A stretch of 63,514 nt of DNA, the filler included, from Octopus bimaculoides (taxonomy: Eukaryota), in NCBI RefSeq assembly GCF_001194135.2. It is 14 parts of 12 records of this genome, joined end to end, with 100 filler letters (N's around TTAATTAATTAA, not from the genome) between each part and the next. Parts side by side here need not be neighbours in the genome. Positions count along the whole stretch, not along the records: positions 61,558 to 63,514 come from NW_026438734.1; 13 more parts are not named here. One strand, given 5' to 3'. This document shows positions 63,446-63,514 of this stretch, piece after piece (positions within the stretch are counted from its first letter, which is position 1; every line of letters begins with the position of its first letter). Below the pieces are notes generated by a model. It did not search any database, had not been told where the DNA came from, and was given only the letters and a program-made list of their open reading frames with translations. Made by a program: the position numbers and the translations under genes.

Positions 63446-63514
63446 AATCGCTGTCTTCCTCATACACAGGCTTGTCCTTTTAGCTCTTTCTCTCTCTCTC
63501 TCTCTCTGTATATA

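Overview
Eukaryotic, AT-rich, microsatellite-dense DNA. The repeat families suggest an octopod cephalopod (inference, not confirmed by search). The window is not one locus: thirteen identical 100-nt spacers (N44-TTAATTAATTAA-N44) split it into 14 unrelated scaffolds, so cross-spacer gene neighbourhoods are artificial. Recognisable host exons: SLC23 nucleobase/ascorbate transporter (5188-5461 +), flotillin-2 (9396-9539 +), the last two exons of CWF19L1 (19901-19998 and 20093-20237 +) and UNC93A (57012-57279 -). The rest is decayed mobile DNA: at least three tRNA-derived SINE families, RTE LINE pieces, three RLE-endonuclease (R4/Dong-like) LINE 3' ends in microsatellites, mariner remnants, MITEs, foldback palindromes and a Gypsy 3' end with PPT and LTR. 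The most interesting signal is a set of minimal type I hammerhead-ribozyme folds of the Penelope type. There are clear motifs at 804-850, 49961-50063, 51465-51510, 51635-51680 and 62809-62858, plus weaker ones; two carry the same U4C core variant and two form an inverted pair with complementary defects. Second is evidence that one RLE LINE group targets (CATA)n microsatellites. No CRISPR, rRNA or genuine tRNA gene was found. Repeat boundaries are approximate and homology calls are from recalled protein motifs, not database searches.
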